Assembly (NCBI GenBank): GCA_005889475.1
Contig: VBGT01000027.1
Span: forward strand, 1,354-65,353
Direction: 5' to 3'
Length of the DNA stretch: 64,000 nucleotides
Origin: Chloroflexota bacterium
GTDB taxonomy: Bacteria; Chloroflexota; Limnocylindria; Limnocylindrales; CSP1-4
A model generated the notes under the pieces. That model saw nothing but the letters and a program-made list of their open reading frames with translations. It was not told the origin of the DNA and searched no databases. The stretch's first letter is position 1. Each line of letters opens with the position of its first letter. This document shows, one piece after another, positions 18,964 through 27,704 of the stretch. The translations under genes and the position numbers were made by a program.

Positions 18964-21219
18964 TCATTCGGCCGGCTCCGCGTCCTCGACCGCCGGCAGC
19001 CGCCGCGCAAGGAGGGAGGGCAGCCACCAGTTCCAGCGCCCGAGGAGGCGCATCGTCGCCGGGACGAGGAGCGCCCGCACGACCGTGGCGTCGAGCGCCA
19101 CCGCGATGGCGATGCCCACGCCGAGTGCCTTGATCAGGACGATGTCGGCGAACGCGAACGAGCCGGCGACGACGATCACGATCAGCGCCGCCGAGGTGAC
19201 GATGCGGCCGCTCCGCTCGAGGCCATGGGCGACCGCGGTCGGGTTGTCGCGGGTCAGCTCCCACGTCTCGCGCATGCGCGTCAGCAGGAATACCTCGTAG
19301 TCCATCGACAGCCCGAACAGGACGCAGAAGAGGATCACCGGCTGGGTCGTCTCGACGAACCCGAGCGGCCGCGTGCCGAAGAGCGCCGACAGGTTCCCGT
19401 CCTGGAAGATCCAGACGAGCGCGCCGAACGAGGCCACGATCGACAGCGAGTTCATCGCCAGTGCCTTGATCGGCAGGACCACCGAGCGCAGGAGCAGCAG
19501 CAGCACGATGAAGGTGCTGACGAGGATGAACGCGGCCGTCCTCGGGAACTCGGCGCCGATGCCGGTGACGACGTCCTCGACGTCTGCCGCCCCACCGCCG
19601 ACGAGGACCGTGGTGCCCGCCGGCGGCGCGAGCGAGCCGGTCCCCGAGCGCAGGTCGCGGACGAGCTCGCGCGCGATCGGCTCGTTCGGGCCGTACGGGG
19701 TCGTCAGCGTGAACGCCGTCAGGGCGCCCTGGGTCGTGGCGTGGAGAACCTCCGCCGCGAAGCGGTCTGGCGGAGGCGCACCAGGCCGGTACAACAGCTC
19801 GTACTGCTCGATGGTCAGCCGGGGATCAACGTCGACCAGGCCGTCGACGCGGTCGATGCGCGGGTCGCCGGCCAGCCGGCGCGAATAGTCGAACAATGCG
19901 GCGAGGTTGACCGGGTCCAGGACGGGCCCGGTCGTCCGCACGGCGATGACGATCGGCGCGAACGGGCCCGGCCCGAACGCCTCGGTCAGCCGGTCGAACG
20001 CGTCGCGGGACGGCGCATCTTCCGGCAGGATCCGCGCGTCGGGCGCGTTGAACCGGACGTGCAGGAACGGCGTGCCGAGCGCGAGAAGCAGGGCCAGCGT
20101 CGGGACGAGCACCGCGACAGGTCGGCGCATGACCCACCAGGCGAGGCGGGACCAGGCGCCCTCCTCGGCCGGCCGCGGCGTGACCCTGCGGATGCGGAAG
20201 CGCTCGAGGTGGACGCCGGCGAAGGCGAGGGCCGCCGGCAGGAGCGTCATCGCCGCGGCCACGGCCAGCGCCACGACCACCGCGCCGGCGATGCCCACCG
20301 AGCGCAGGATCATGAAGTCGAACAGGACCAGGCCGAGCAGCCCCAGCAGGACGGTCATGCCGGAGAAGAACACGGCCCGCCCGGCGGTCCGCGCCGTCGC
20401 ACCCACCGCATCCTCGACCGCCTCGGGGGCCCACCCACGACCCGCCAGCTCTTCGCGGAAGCGGCTCGTCATGAGCAAGGAGTAATCGACGCCCAGGCCC
20501 AGCCCCAGCAGCGTGGCGAGGTTGAGCACGAAGATGCTCATCGGGACCGTGCCGGCGACGAGGAAGATCACGGCCAGCGCCACGACCACCGCCGCGCCGC
20601 CGACGACCAGCGGCACAGCCGCTGCCACGACGGACCCGAAGACGATCAGGAGCGCGATCGCGGCGAGCGGCAGCGAGATCAGCTCGCTGCGGCGCAGGTC
20701 CGCCTCGGACACGGCCTGGACGTCGCCATAGAAGGCGGGACCACCGGAGAGTCCGACCTCGAGACCGGGCGCGTCGTGCAGCGCCGCCCGCAGGCCGGGC
20801 AGCGCCTTGGGCGAGTCGTCCGCGGGCAGATCGAGCAGCACGAGGTCGTACGCGGTGTGGCCGTCCGGGGAGATCTGCCGCGAGGCCAGCGTGTGCGAGA
20901 CGACGGCTCGGACGTAGGGCGCGTTCGGGACGTCCGCAACCGCAGCTGCGGCAGCCGTCTCGAACGCGGGATCTCCCGCGCGGGCAGCATCGGAGTGGAA
21001 GACGACGACGACGGCCGCCTGCGCCAGCCCGATCTGGGTCTCGAGGAGCGCCTTTGCCCGGGCCGATTCGAGATCGGCGTTGATGAACCCGCCGGCACGC
21101 AGCGCGCCGGGCGCCTGGATGGCAAGCGGCACCGACAAGCCGACGAGCGCCAGCCACGCGACGACGACCGGGCGGCGGTGGCGGGCGCACCATCGCCCGA
21201 GGCGCTCGAAGCGGTTCAT
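18964..21219 (-). CDS. MMPL family (RND superfamily) transporter
   Basis: 751 aa with two six-TM bundles and two extracytoplasmic loops. Typical N-terminus MNRFERLGRWCARHRRPVVVAWL. Confidence 0.9.
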   Translation of the reverse strand: MNRFERLGRWCARHRRPVVVAWLALVGLSVPLAIQAPGALRAGGFINADLESARAKALLETQIGLAQAAVVVVFHSDAARAGDPAFETAAAAAVADVPNAPYVRAVVSHTLASRQISPDGHTAYDLVLLDLPADDSPKALPGLRAALHDAPGLEVGLSGGPAFYGDVQAVSEADLRRSELISLPLAAIALLIVFGSVVAAAVPLVVGGAAVVVALAVIFLVAGTVPMSIFVLNLATLLGLGLGVDYSLLMTSRFREELAGRGWAPEAVEDAVGATARTAGRAVFFSGMTVLLGLLGLVLFDFMILRSVGIAGAVVVALAVAAAMTLLPAALAFAGVHLERFRIRRVTPRPAEEGAWSRLAWWVMRRPVAVLVPTLALLLALGTPFLHVRFNAPDARILPEDAPSRDAFDRLTEAFGPGPFAPIVIAVRTTGPVLDPVNLAALFDYSRRLAGDPRIDRVDGLVDVDPRLTIEQYELLYRPGAPPPDRFAAEVLHATTQGALTAFTLTTPYGPNEPIARELVRDLRSGTGSLAPPAGTTVLVGGGAADVEDVVTGIGAEFPRTAAFILVSTFIVLLLLLRSVVLPIKALAMNSLSIVASFGALVWIFQDGNLSALFGTRPLGFVETTQPVILFCVLFGLSMDYEVFLLTRMRETWELTRDNPTAVAHGLERSGRIVTSAALIVIVVAGSFAFADIVLIKALGVGIAIAVALDATVVRALLVPATMRLLGRWNWWLPSLLARRLPAVEDAEPAE

Positions 21220-21263
21220 CGTCGGGCGGTCATGCTAGCCGCCTGCTACGATCGGCCGCGGCC

Positions 21264-21596
21264 GTGACGATCTTCACGCTCTGGTTCGAGAACTTCCCGA
21301 ACAACCTGCCGGCGCTGTTCGTGTCGGCCGGCGTCGCGATCCTTCTCATCGTGATCATCGCAAAGTCCGCGTTCTCCGCCGAAGGTCGGTCGCGGTGGAC
21401 GAAGCGGGTCACCGGCCCGAACGGGAAGTGGCTCTTCGGCCTGCTGTTCCTGCTCTGGGCCGTGGTCTTCGGCGTCGGCCTGCAGCTGGTGCCCCACGAG
21501 GGCGCGAATTCGCCGTACGGCGGCCTCGGGATCATCGCCCTGTTCTCGGGCTTCTTCATCTCGATGGGCTTCATCTGGAGCGTGATCGGCGAGTAG
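21264..21596 (+). CDS. small integral membrane protein (hypothetical)
   Basis: 110 aa with 3-4 hydrophobic helices. GC-rich third positions. Confidence 0.5.
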   Translation: MTIFTLWFENFPNNLPALFVSAGVAILLIVIIAKSAFSAEGRSRWTKRVTGPNGKWLFGLLFLLWAVVFGVGLQLVPHEGANSPYGGLGIIALFSGFFISMGFIWSVIGE

Positions 21597-21634
21597 CCGC
21601 GCTCGCGTGGCGGCTGCATCCTGGGTCGAGCTCG

Positions 21635-22294
21635 TCAGCGCACGACGAGGACCAGGGCCACCGAGATCAGCGTCAAGAGCAGTGCGGCGGCCGCGGGCGC
21701 GACAGCTCGAATGAGGAGCGGCCGAAGCTCGCGGCCGCCAAAACGGGTCCGGTAGTCCGCGTCCAGCGCGAAGACGTCGGTGAGACTGCGCACCAGCCGC
21801 GGCGGCCCGTGTCGCTGAGCGGTGCGCGTCAGCAGGTCACGATGGGCTGCCTCGGCCGCAGGCAGGGTGCCGGTCTCGATGCGCAACGAGAGCCCGGGAA
21901 TCTCCAATGGATCGCCACGCGGATGGATGGTCCCAAGCCAGGTGCCATCCGGCCATGCGCTGTAGAAGCCGGTCAGTCCGGGCTCCGGCCGACCGTCCGC
22001 GAACAGCGCGTAGGCCCAACCGTCGTCCGACGCGAGAACGGTGCCGAACACGTCACCGCCCGGGATCCGCGTCACGGTCTCGCCCAGGGGGCGGTAGCCG
22101 AGCGCTTCGCAGGTCGCGATGCGGCGAGCGCGGTCAGCGCTTGGCTTGGGCGCTCGGCCCGTTGCGTCCTCCTGTCGCCGAGCGCTCACGCCCGCGGCCG
22201 TCTGCCAGCTCCGAATCGCTCCGGGCACAAACACCAGGAGGAGAACGAGGGAGAAGATCAGGGTGCCGACGGCCGAGAGTTGCGCTGGAGTCAT
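21635..22294 (-). CDS. hypothetical membrane-anchored protein
   Basis: ATG 22294 overlaps the methyltransferase stop (ATGA). TM helices at the N and C termini. Confidence 0.55.
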   Translation of the reverse strand: MTPAQLSAVGTLIFSLVLLLVFVPGAIRSWQTAAGVSARRQEDATGRAPKPSADRARRIATCEALGYRPLGETVTRIPGGDVFGTVLASDDGWAYALFADGRPEPGLTGFYSAWPDGTWLGTIHPRGDPLEIPGLSLRIETGTLPAAEAAHRDLLTRTAQRHGPPRLVRSLTDVFALDADYRTRFGGRELRPLLIRAVAPAAAALLLTLISVALVLVVR

Positions 22295-23124
22295 GTCGAT
22301 TTGCCGCGCTTGCGCGCGATCCAGGCCTCCTCGGATGGCCACTTGCTGGCCCACTCGGCGGTCGCGAACTGCCACTGCTCATCGCTGACCGCATCGACGG
22401 GTACCTGGACTTCGACCAGCCGCTCGATGTCGAAGCCGTTCGCGCGCAGCAGCCGGACCCACTCGCCGTGGGGCAGGTGGAACTCGACGGACGTGTCGTC
22501 CGGCCAGATCGTGCGGTACATGCCGAAGTACGGCCGAAGGAGCTGGGTCCCGGCCGGACCGTCGGCCTCGAGCTCCGGGATCGTCAGGTGGAGCAGCGCC
22601 CCGTTCGTGTACAGCATCAGCTCGCCGCCGGGTCGCAGGATTCGCGCCGCCTCGGGGATCCAGGCATACGGATCGGCCCAGAGCGCCGCGCCGTACTCGC
22701 TGATCGCGTAGTCGAAGCTGGCGTCTTCGAAGGGCGTGGCCTCGGCGTTACCGAGGTGCAGCGGAAAGTCCAAACCAAACTCGCGCTGGAGCGTGCGGGC
22801 GGTGTCGAGCTGGACGGTCGAGTTGTCGATGCCGACCGGGCGCGCACCGCGCCTGGCGAGCCAGGCGGAGACGTATGCAGTCCCGCACCCGAGCTCGACG
22901 ACATCCTTGTCGCGGAGGTCGTCCGGCAGCAGGCGCAGCTCGTCCTCCGCGACGTGCCAGATGCCCCAGTGCGGCTCCTCGGCCCAGTTGCGGCGCCCAC
23001 GCTCGACGTATTCGTGGGCAAAGCGATCCCACGCCTCGCGATTGGCGCGGACGTGCTCCGGGAGCTCCTCTGACACCGTGCGGATGGTAGCCAGGTGCAA
23101 GGGCTCGGCCGCTTGCCGGAGCAC
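22291..23124 (-). CDS. class I SAM-dependent methyltransferase
   Basis: Motif I VVELGCGTAYVS. Post-I and motif II: IDNS, FDYAISEYGA. Confidence 0.85.
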   Translation of the reverse strand: MLRQAAEPLHLATIRTVSEELPEHVRANREAWDRFAHEYVERGRRNWAEEPHWGIWHVAEDELRLLPDDLRDKDVVELGCGTAYVSAWLARRGARPVGIDNSTVQLDTARTLQREFGLDFPLHLGNAEATPFEDASFDYAISEYGAALWADPYAWIPEAARILRPGGELMLYTNGALLHLTIPELEADGPAGTQLLRPYFGMYRTIWPDDTSVEFHLPHGEWVRLLRANGFDIERLVEVQVPVDAVSDEQWQFATAEWASKWPSEEAWIARKRGKST

Positions 23125-23194
23125 GACCGTCGCAACTCGTCGGGGACGATAGCGCCGTTGCAGTGAAGGCAGCGAGGGATCGACCCTGCCAACG

Positions 23195-23491
23195 ATGGAT
23201 CAGCACGGAATGTTCAGGAGCGCACTCGAACGGCGGTCTTTCACGGGAACGGACCCGGCGCGCCGGCCCGTGATCGTCGCCAACCCGCCCGGGGATCGGC
23301 GGTTTCTGGCCCTGATCAGGGCCGGGCTGCGATCGGGCGCGGCGCTGCCGGAGCAGCTCAAGGCGATCCTGCGGACGCGATACCCGCTGGCAATCGTGCG
23401 GCCCCGCGAGCTTGCCGGCGAGCGAATCGCCGTCTGGTACGTCTATCGCGAAGGTCACTGGATCGGGAGCGACGCAGATGCCCACACCTGA
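23195..23491 (+). CDS. hypothetical small protein (98 aa)
   Basis: ATG start and GC-rich third positions. No family recognised. Confidence 0.45.
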   Translation: MDQHGMFRSALERRSFTGTDPARRPVIVANPPGDRRFLALIRAGLRSGAALPEQLKAILRTRYPLAIVRPRELAGERIAVWYVYREGHWIGSDADAHT

Positions 23492-23729
23492 CGATGACGA
23501 GCGGATGGACGATCTCGCGGCCACTTCCGACTCAGTTCGCGAGGACGCCCGGCAGGTCGTCGAGATCGAAGAGGAGAAGCGCGATCTCGCGGCCGGCGAC
23601 CCGCGCCTCACAACGTTGTCACGGGAGGCTGAACGCCTGGCGGGACAGGTGGAGCAGAAGAGCCGGATCGAGCGTGACCTGGCCGACGCCGTGAATGGCG
23701 ATCGCGAGCCGCCCCGCACCTCGAACTAG
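23478..23729 (+). CDS. hypothetical acidic coiled-coil-like protein (83 aa)
   Basis: ATG 23478 lies inside ORF 23412..23729 and overlaps the previous gene by 14 nt. Sequence MPTPDDDERMDDL...EIEEEKRDL. Confidence 0.4.
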   Translation: MPTPDDDERMDDLAATSDSVREDARQVVEIEEEKRDLAAGDPRLTTLSREAERLAGQVEQKSRIERDLADAVNGDREPPRTSN

Positions 23730-23793
23730 TACGAGATCGCTGCCATTCGGCTGGAATGGGCGGGACCCTCGCGCTATGATCCGCGGACTTGCA

Positions 23794-23816
23794 GAGTGCA
23801 TAGACTTTATGCACTC
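23794..23816. promoter_or_regulatory. AT-rich 9-bp inverted repeat GAGTGCATA-GACTT-TATGCACTC overlapping a TAGACT -10 box upstream of kamA
   Basis: Read directly. TAGACT is at 23801..23806. kamA GTG is at 23834, behind GGAGG. Confidence 0.5.
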
Positions 23817-23833
23817 GCCGCCGCGGAGGCACC

Positions 23834-25387
23834 GTGACCGAACACGAGAGCAGCGCGATCACCGAGACGCCGTGGGTCAACCCGCGTGACCCCGCGCTCG
23901 CGCTCGGGGCGGACGGGCTGCCCGCGCGCAGCCGCCGCGCGCCACAGTGGGTGGACGTTCCCGACGAGAAGTGGAATGACTGGCGCTGGCAGCTCAGCAA
24001 CCGCGTCAATACGCTCGACGAGGTCGGCCAGGTCCTCAACCTCACGGACGAGGAGCGCGAGGGCCTGACGGCCGACGACAAGTTCCGGGTCGACATCACG
24101 CCCTACTTCGCGAGCCTGATCGACCCCGACGACCCGAACGACCCGATCCGTCGCCAGGTCATCCCGCTCGGCCGAGAGCACGAGGCCTTCACGGCGATGA
24201 TGGAGGACTCGCTGGCGGAGGATCGCCACTCGCCGGTCCCGGGCCTGGTCCACCGCTATCCGGATCGCGTGCTGATGCTCGTGACCACGCAGTGCGCCAG
24301 CTACTGTCGGTACTGCACCCGGAGCCGGATCGTCGGCGACCCGACCCAGAACTTCAACCGCCGCGAGCACGAGGCCCAGCTCGAGTACCTGCGCCGGACG
24401 CCCCAGGTGCGCGACGTCCTCATCTCCGGTGGGGACGGGCTCACCCTCGCGCCGAAGCTGCTCGAATCGATCATCCGCGGCATCCGCGAGATCCCGCACA
24501 TCGAGATCATCAGGATCGGCTCGCGGGTGCCGGTGTTCCTGCCGCAGCGCGTCGACGACGAGCTGTGCGAGATGCTCGCCAGGTACCACCCGCTGTGGAT
24601 CAACCTGCACTTCAACCACCCCAACGAGATCACGCCGGAGGTCTCGCGCGCGGTCGACAAGCTCAGCCGGGCCGGCATCCCCATCGGCAACCAGAGCGTC
24701 CTGCTGGCGGGCGTGAACGACTGCGTGCACATCCAGCGCGCGCTCGTCCACAAGCTCGTCGAGAACCGGATCCGGCCCTACTACCTGTACCAATGCGACC
24801 TCGTCGAGGGCTCCGGCCACTTCCGGACGCCGGTCGGCAAGGGCCTCGAGATCATGGAGGGCCTGCGCGGCCACACGTCGGGCTACGCCATCCCGACCTA
24901 CGTCATCGACGCTCCCGGCGGCGGCGGCAAGATCCCGGTCATGCCCAATTACCTGATCAGCTACTCGGACCACAAGGTCGTGCTGCGCAACTACGAGGGC
25001 TATATCACGACCTACGAGGAGCCCGAGACGTACCAGAAGCACGACCAGGCGACGTGCGCGTACTGCCAGCACGAGCGCCCGGAGCCGGGCCAATCGGGCG
25101 TGTTGGGCTTGCTCGAGGGCGAGCGGATGTGGATCGAACCGAAGGGCTTCGAGGACATCCACAGCCGCGGCAACACGCAGGCGCATCGCCTGCAGGACCC
25201 ATCGAAGTGGGTGCCCTTCGGCGTCGGCGCGATCGAGGGCAGGGCGGGTCGACCGCTGCCGGTCCTCGAGGCGGGCACCGCCGAGACGAATGGCACGAAG
25301 CCCAGGGGCGCAACCTACGGACCCGGCGAGGAGCCGCGGCCGCGCGAGGGCGAGCCGACCGCCTCGGCGCACGGGGAGCTGCTTTAG
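23834..25387 (+). CDS. kamA: lysine 2,3-aminomutase family radical-SAM/PLP enzyme with long C-terminal extension
   Basis: CASYCRYCTRS (CxxxCxxC), ISGGDGL, and a KamA-type N-terminus WNDWRWQLSNR. Confidence 0.9.
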   Translation: MTEHESSAITETPWVNPRDPALALGADGLPARSRRAPQWVDVPDEKWNDWRWQLSNRVNTLDEVGQVLNLTDEEREGLTADDKFRVDITPYFASLIDPDDPNDPIRRQVIPLGREHEAFTAMMEDSLAEDRHSPVPGLVHRYPDRVLMLVTTQCASYCRYCTRSRIVGDPTQNFNRREHEAQLEYLRRTPQVRDVLISGGDGLTLAPKLLESIIRGIREIPHIEIIRIGSRVPVFLPQRVDDELCEMLARYHPLWINLHFNHPNEITPEVSRAVDKLSRAGIPIGNQSVLLAGVNDCVHIQRALVHKLVENRIRPYYLYQCDLVEGSGHFRTPVGKGLEIMEGLRGHTSGYAIPTYVIDAPGGGGKIPVMPNYLISYSDHKVVLRNYEGYITTYEEPETYQKHDQATCAYCQHERPEPGQSGVLGLLEGERMWIEPKGFEDIHSRGNTQAHRLQDPSKWVPFGVGAIEGRAGRPLPVLEAGTAETNGTKPRGATYGPGEEPRPREGEPTASAHGELL

Positions 25388-25417
25388 GCGTCTCGCGCTC
25401 CCGGCGGCGGCACGACA

Positions 25418-25852
25418 ATGAGCGCCGTGGACGACCTCCGCGCCCCGATTCCCGCCATGCCGAGCGCCGACCTGGCGCCACCCGTGATCGCCGAGTCCGG
25501 CGATCCGTTCGGCGCGCTGCGCGTCATCGAGCTGGTTGCGCGATTGCCGCGCGGCCGGCCGATCGCCATGTCCGTGATCGTGGATCGATTGAACGCGACG
25601 TACCCGGACTGGTTGTTCGAGCCGCGCGTCGTCGCGGATGCGCTCATCCAGCTCCAGTCGAACTGGCTGACCGACTACCGCAACGCGAGCGGGATCGTCC
25701 TCGAGGACGGTCCTGCCGGGGCGACGCTGACGATCGAGGACTCGAGTCGGGTCGATCCATGGATCATCCGCCAGGCGCAGCGGCTCGCCGACGCGTGTCG
25801 AGAGGTGCTCGCCGACTTCAGCCGGCGCGACCGGCGGGCCGGTGAGGGCTGA
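25418..25852 (+). CDS. hypothetical protein (144 aa) downstream of kamA
   Basis: ATG start 30 nt after the kamA stop, and a coding-like composition. Its 3' end overlaps the convergent MarR gene by 35 nt. Confidence 0.5.
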   Translation: MSAVDDLRAPIPAMPSADLAPPVIAESGDPFGALRVIELVARLPRGRPIAMSVIVDRLNATYPDWLFEPRVVADALIQLQSNWLTDYRNASGIVLEDGPAGATLTIEDSSRVDPWIIRQAQRLADACREVLADFSRRDRRAGEG

Positions 25853-26306
25853 CCGTCTCGCGCTCGAGTACCGCGTCGGCAGCACGTCGGATGAGCCCGA
25901 GGGCATGCTTGCCCGCCGCCTCGCCACCGTCCAGGCCGGCGATGAACGCGGCGTAGGCGGCCTCGAACTGGCGGTTCGCGGCTCGATGCGCGTCGAGCCC
26001 GCCGGCGGTCAACGTCACCAGGTATGAGCGGCCGTCGCGAGGATTCCGGAGGCGTCGCGCATGGCCGCGCCCCTCGACCAGCCGGAGATGGTCCATGAAC
26101 GTCGTGAGGCGCATCCCGAGGCGCCCTGCCAGCGCCGTGGGCGACGCCGACTCGAGCTCGAAGATCGCGCTGTAGACCGCGTACTCGGATGGCGTCAGCG
26201 GGCCGTCTCGCATCGCGCTCGCGAGCAGGCGCCCGACCGCCTGGTTGAGCGCGAACACGTCGAACAGGAGCGACGTGTCCAGTGGGTCGCGGCGGCCCGT
26301 GGTCAC
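25818..26306 (-). CDS. MarR family transcriptional regulator
   Basis: Winged-HTH pattern LTPSEYAVYSAIFELESASPTALAGRLGMRLTTFMDHLRLVEGRGHARR. GTG 26306 overlaps the upstream stop (GTGA). Confidence 0.85.
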   Translation of the reverse strand: MTTGRRDPLDTSLLFDVFALNQAVGRLLASAMRDGPLTPSEYAVYSAIFELESASPTALAGRLGMRLTTFMDHLRLVEGRGHARRLRNPRDGRSYLVTLTAGGLDAHRAANRQFEAAYAAFIAGLDGGEAAGKHALGLIRRAADAVLERETVSPHRPAGRAG

Positions 26307-27646
26307 GGCCCGATGCCCACGATCGCCTCGCGCGCCGGGTCGCGGCCATCCTCCCAGGCGCTACGCGTCAGCTCGGCGAGGACGTCCGGCTCGATCGACT
26401 GGCGCGTGTCGTCCGCGGAAACGCCCACCTCGAGCATGCCGGCCACGCTCACGACGATGCCCGAGGAGGGGAGCGTCACGTCCGTCGGGTTGCCGTAGGC
26501 CGTCGGGCAGCCACCCATCTCCTCCCCGACGACGGTCGCGCCGGTGTCGCGATCAAGGCGCGCGACAAGCAGGCTCGCGGCCGAGAACGTGTTCCGCCCG
26601 GTGATCAGGGACAGCCGGCCCGGCCGATCGACGGCGGGGTCCTTGAACAGCGTCAGGATCGGATCGACGGCGGAGACCTCCCCGCCGAAGTTGTGGCGCA
26701 CGTCGAGGATGACGTGAGCCACGTCCGGCGCGTGCAGGGCAGACCTGAGGTCGTTCAGCGTCGTGCTCGGCAGCCGATCGACGCGGTTGTCCTGGATGAA
26801 CAGGGTCTCGACGTCGGGCAGGCGCTTCCACCACAGCGCCTCGTCGATGCGCGAGAGGTACTCGACGTTCGGGTCCGCCGGCAGGTGCAGGCCGTACGGG
26901 CCGGCCCACGCGTTGTAGGCCGCCATCGGGATCGGTGCGACGTCGACCGCCTGGCGAGCACCGGCGTCGTCGGTCAGCCCGAGCGTGACGTCGCCGTCGT
27001 TCGCCATGTCGAGACCGCGCAGCACCTGCGGGATCAGCAGGTAGCGCGGCGCGAGCAGCCGCAGGGTCTGGGCGTTGTCACGCGGGATGACCGGGTACAG
27101 CGCCGCGAGGATGTCGGTCATCACGGTGTCGTCGACGGTGTCGATCCTGGATCCGATCAGGCCCTGGTACGGCGGCAGGGCGTCGACGATCACGACGTCG
27201 TCCTCGAAGAGCCACAGCCGCAACGGCAGGCTATCGACGGGGTAGGTGCCGCTGCCCCAGATGAACGCGCCCGTGTGGGCATCGCAGCCGCCGTAGCTGC
27301 CCATGGCCACGATGCGCAGGACGCCGACCATCAGCTCGTCGTCCGTCGCTGTCGGGACCTTGGCGAGGAGGTCGGCCGCGGCCGCGTCGAGCTGAGCGCG
27401 GCTGGTGCCGTGGGCAAGATTCGGATGGATCGCGTCCATCGCGGGCACCAGCCCCCTAATGTCCGATTGCCAGCCGGCGATCCGATCCCGCGTCGGCGAC
27501 GGGGCGGGCGTGGGGGTCCGCGCCGTCGCTACAGCGCTCGCGGGTGTGCTCGTGCCGTGGGGCGCCTGCGTCGGCCCGAGCGGCGCACAGGCGATCGTGC
27601 TGCCGAGCAGGAGCGCGGCTATCGCGAGGCCTGCGCTGTGCCGCAT
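26303..27646 (-). CDS. S41-peptidase-like secreted lipoprotein
   Basis: Signal peptide with lipobox STIAC. S41-like ILDVRHNFGGEVS and ITGRNTFSAASLL segments. I could not locate the catalytic Lys. Confidence 0.65.
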   Translation of the reverse strand: MRHSAGLAIAALLLGSTIACAPLGPTQAPHGTSTPASAVATARTPTPAPSPTRDRIAGWQSDIRGLVPAMDAIHPNLAHGTSRAQLDAAAADLLAKVPTATDDELMVGVLRIVAMGSYGGCDAHTGAFIWGSGTYPVDSLPLRLWLFEDDVVIVDALPPYQGLIGSRIDTVDDTVMTDILAALYPVIPRDNAQTLRLLAPRYLLIPQVLRGLDMANDGDVTLGLTDDAGARQAVDVAPIPMAAYNAWAGPYGLHLPADPNVEYLSRIDEALWWKRLPDVETLFIQDNRVDRLPSTTLNDLRSALHAPDVAHVILDVRHNFGGEVSAVDPILTLFKDPAVDRPGRLSLITGRNTFSAASLLVARLDRDTGATVVGEEMGGCPTAYGNPTDVTLPSSGIVVSVAGMLEVGVSADDTRQSIEPDVLAELTRSAWEDGRDPAREAIVGIGP

Positions 27647-27651
27647 GTTGA

Positions 27652-27673
27652 GATACTACGGCGCCGTAGTATC
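27652..27673. promoter_or_regulatory. perfect 22-bp palindrome GATACTACGGCGCCGTAGTATC containing two divergent TAGTAT -10 boxes
   Basis: Read directly. The minus-strand TAGTAT (27658..27653) ends 6 nt before ATG 27646. A second TAGTAT is on the plus strand at 27667..27672. Confidence 0.6.
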
Positions 27674-27704
27674 GTCGGCAATCCCAGCCCGATATGATCG
27701 AGTG

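Noticed and set aside
18775-21267. 830-aa plus-strand ORF antisense to the MMPL gene
   Set aside because: Shadow ORF with an extreme Arg/Asp/Glu/Gly composition and no TM helices or motifs. The minus strand encodes a textbook MMPL protein.
23807-25927. 706-aa minus-strand ORF antisense to kamA
   Set aside because: Shadow ORF. The plus strand carries the radical-SAM CxxxCxxC and KamA motifs.
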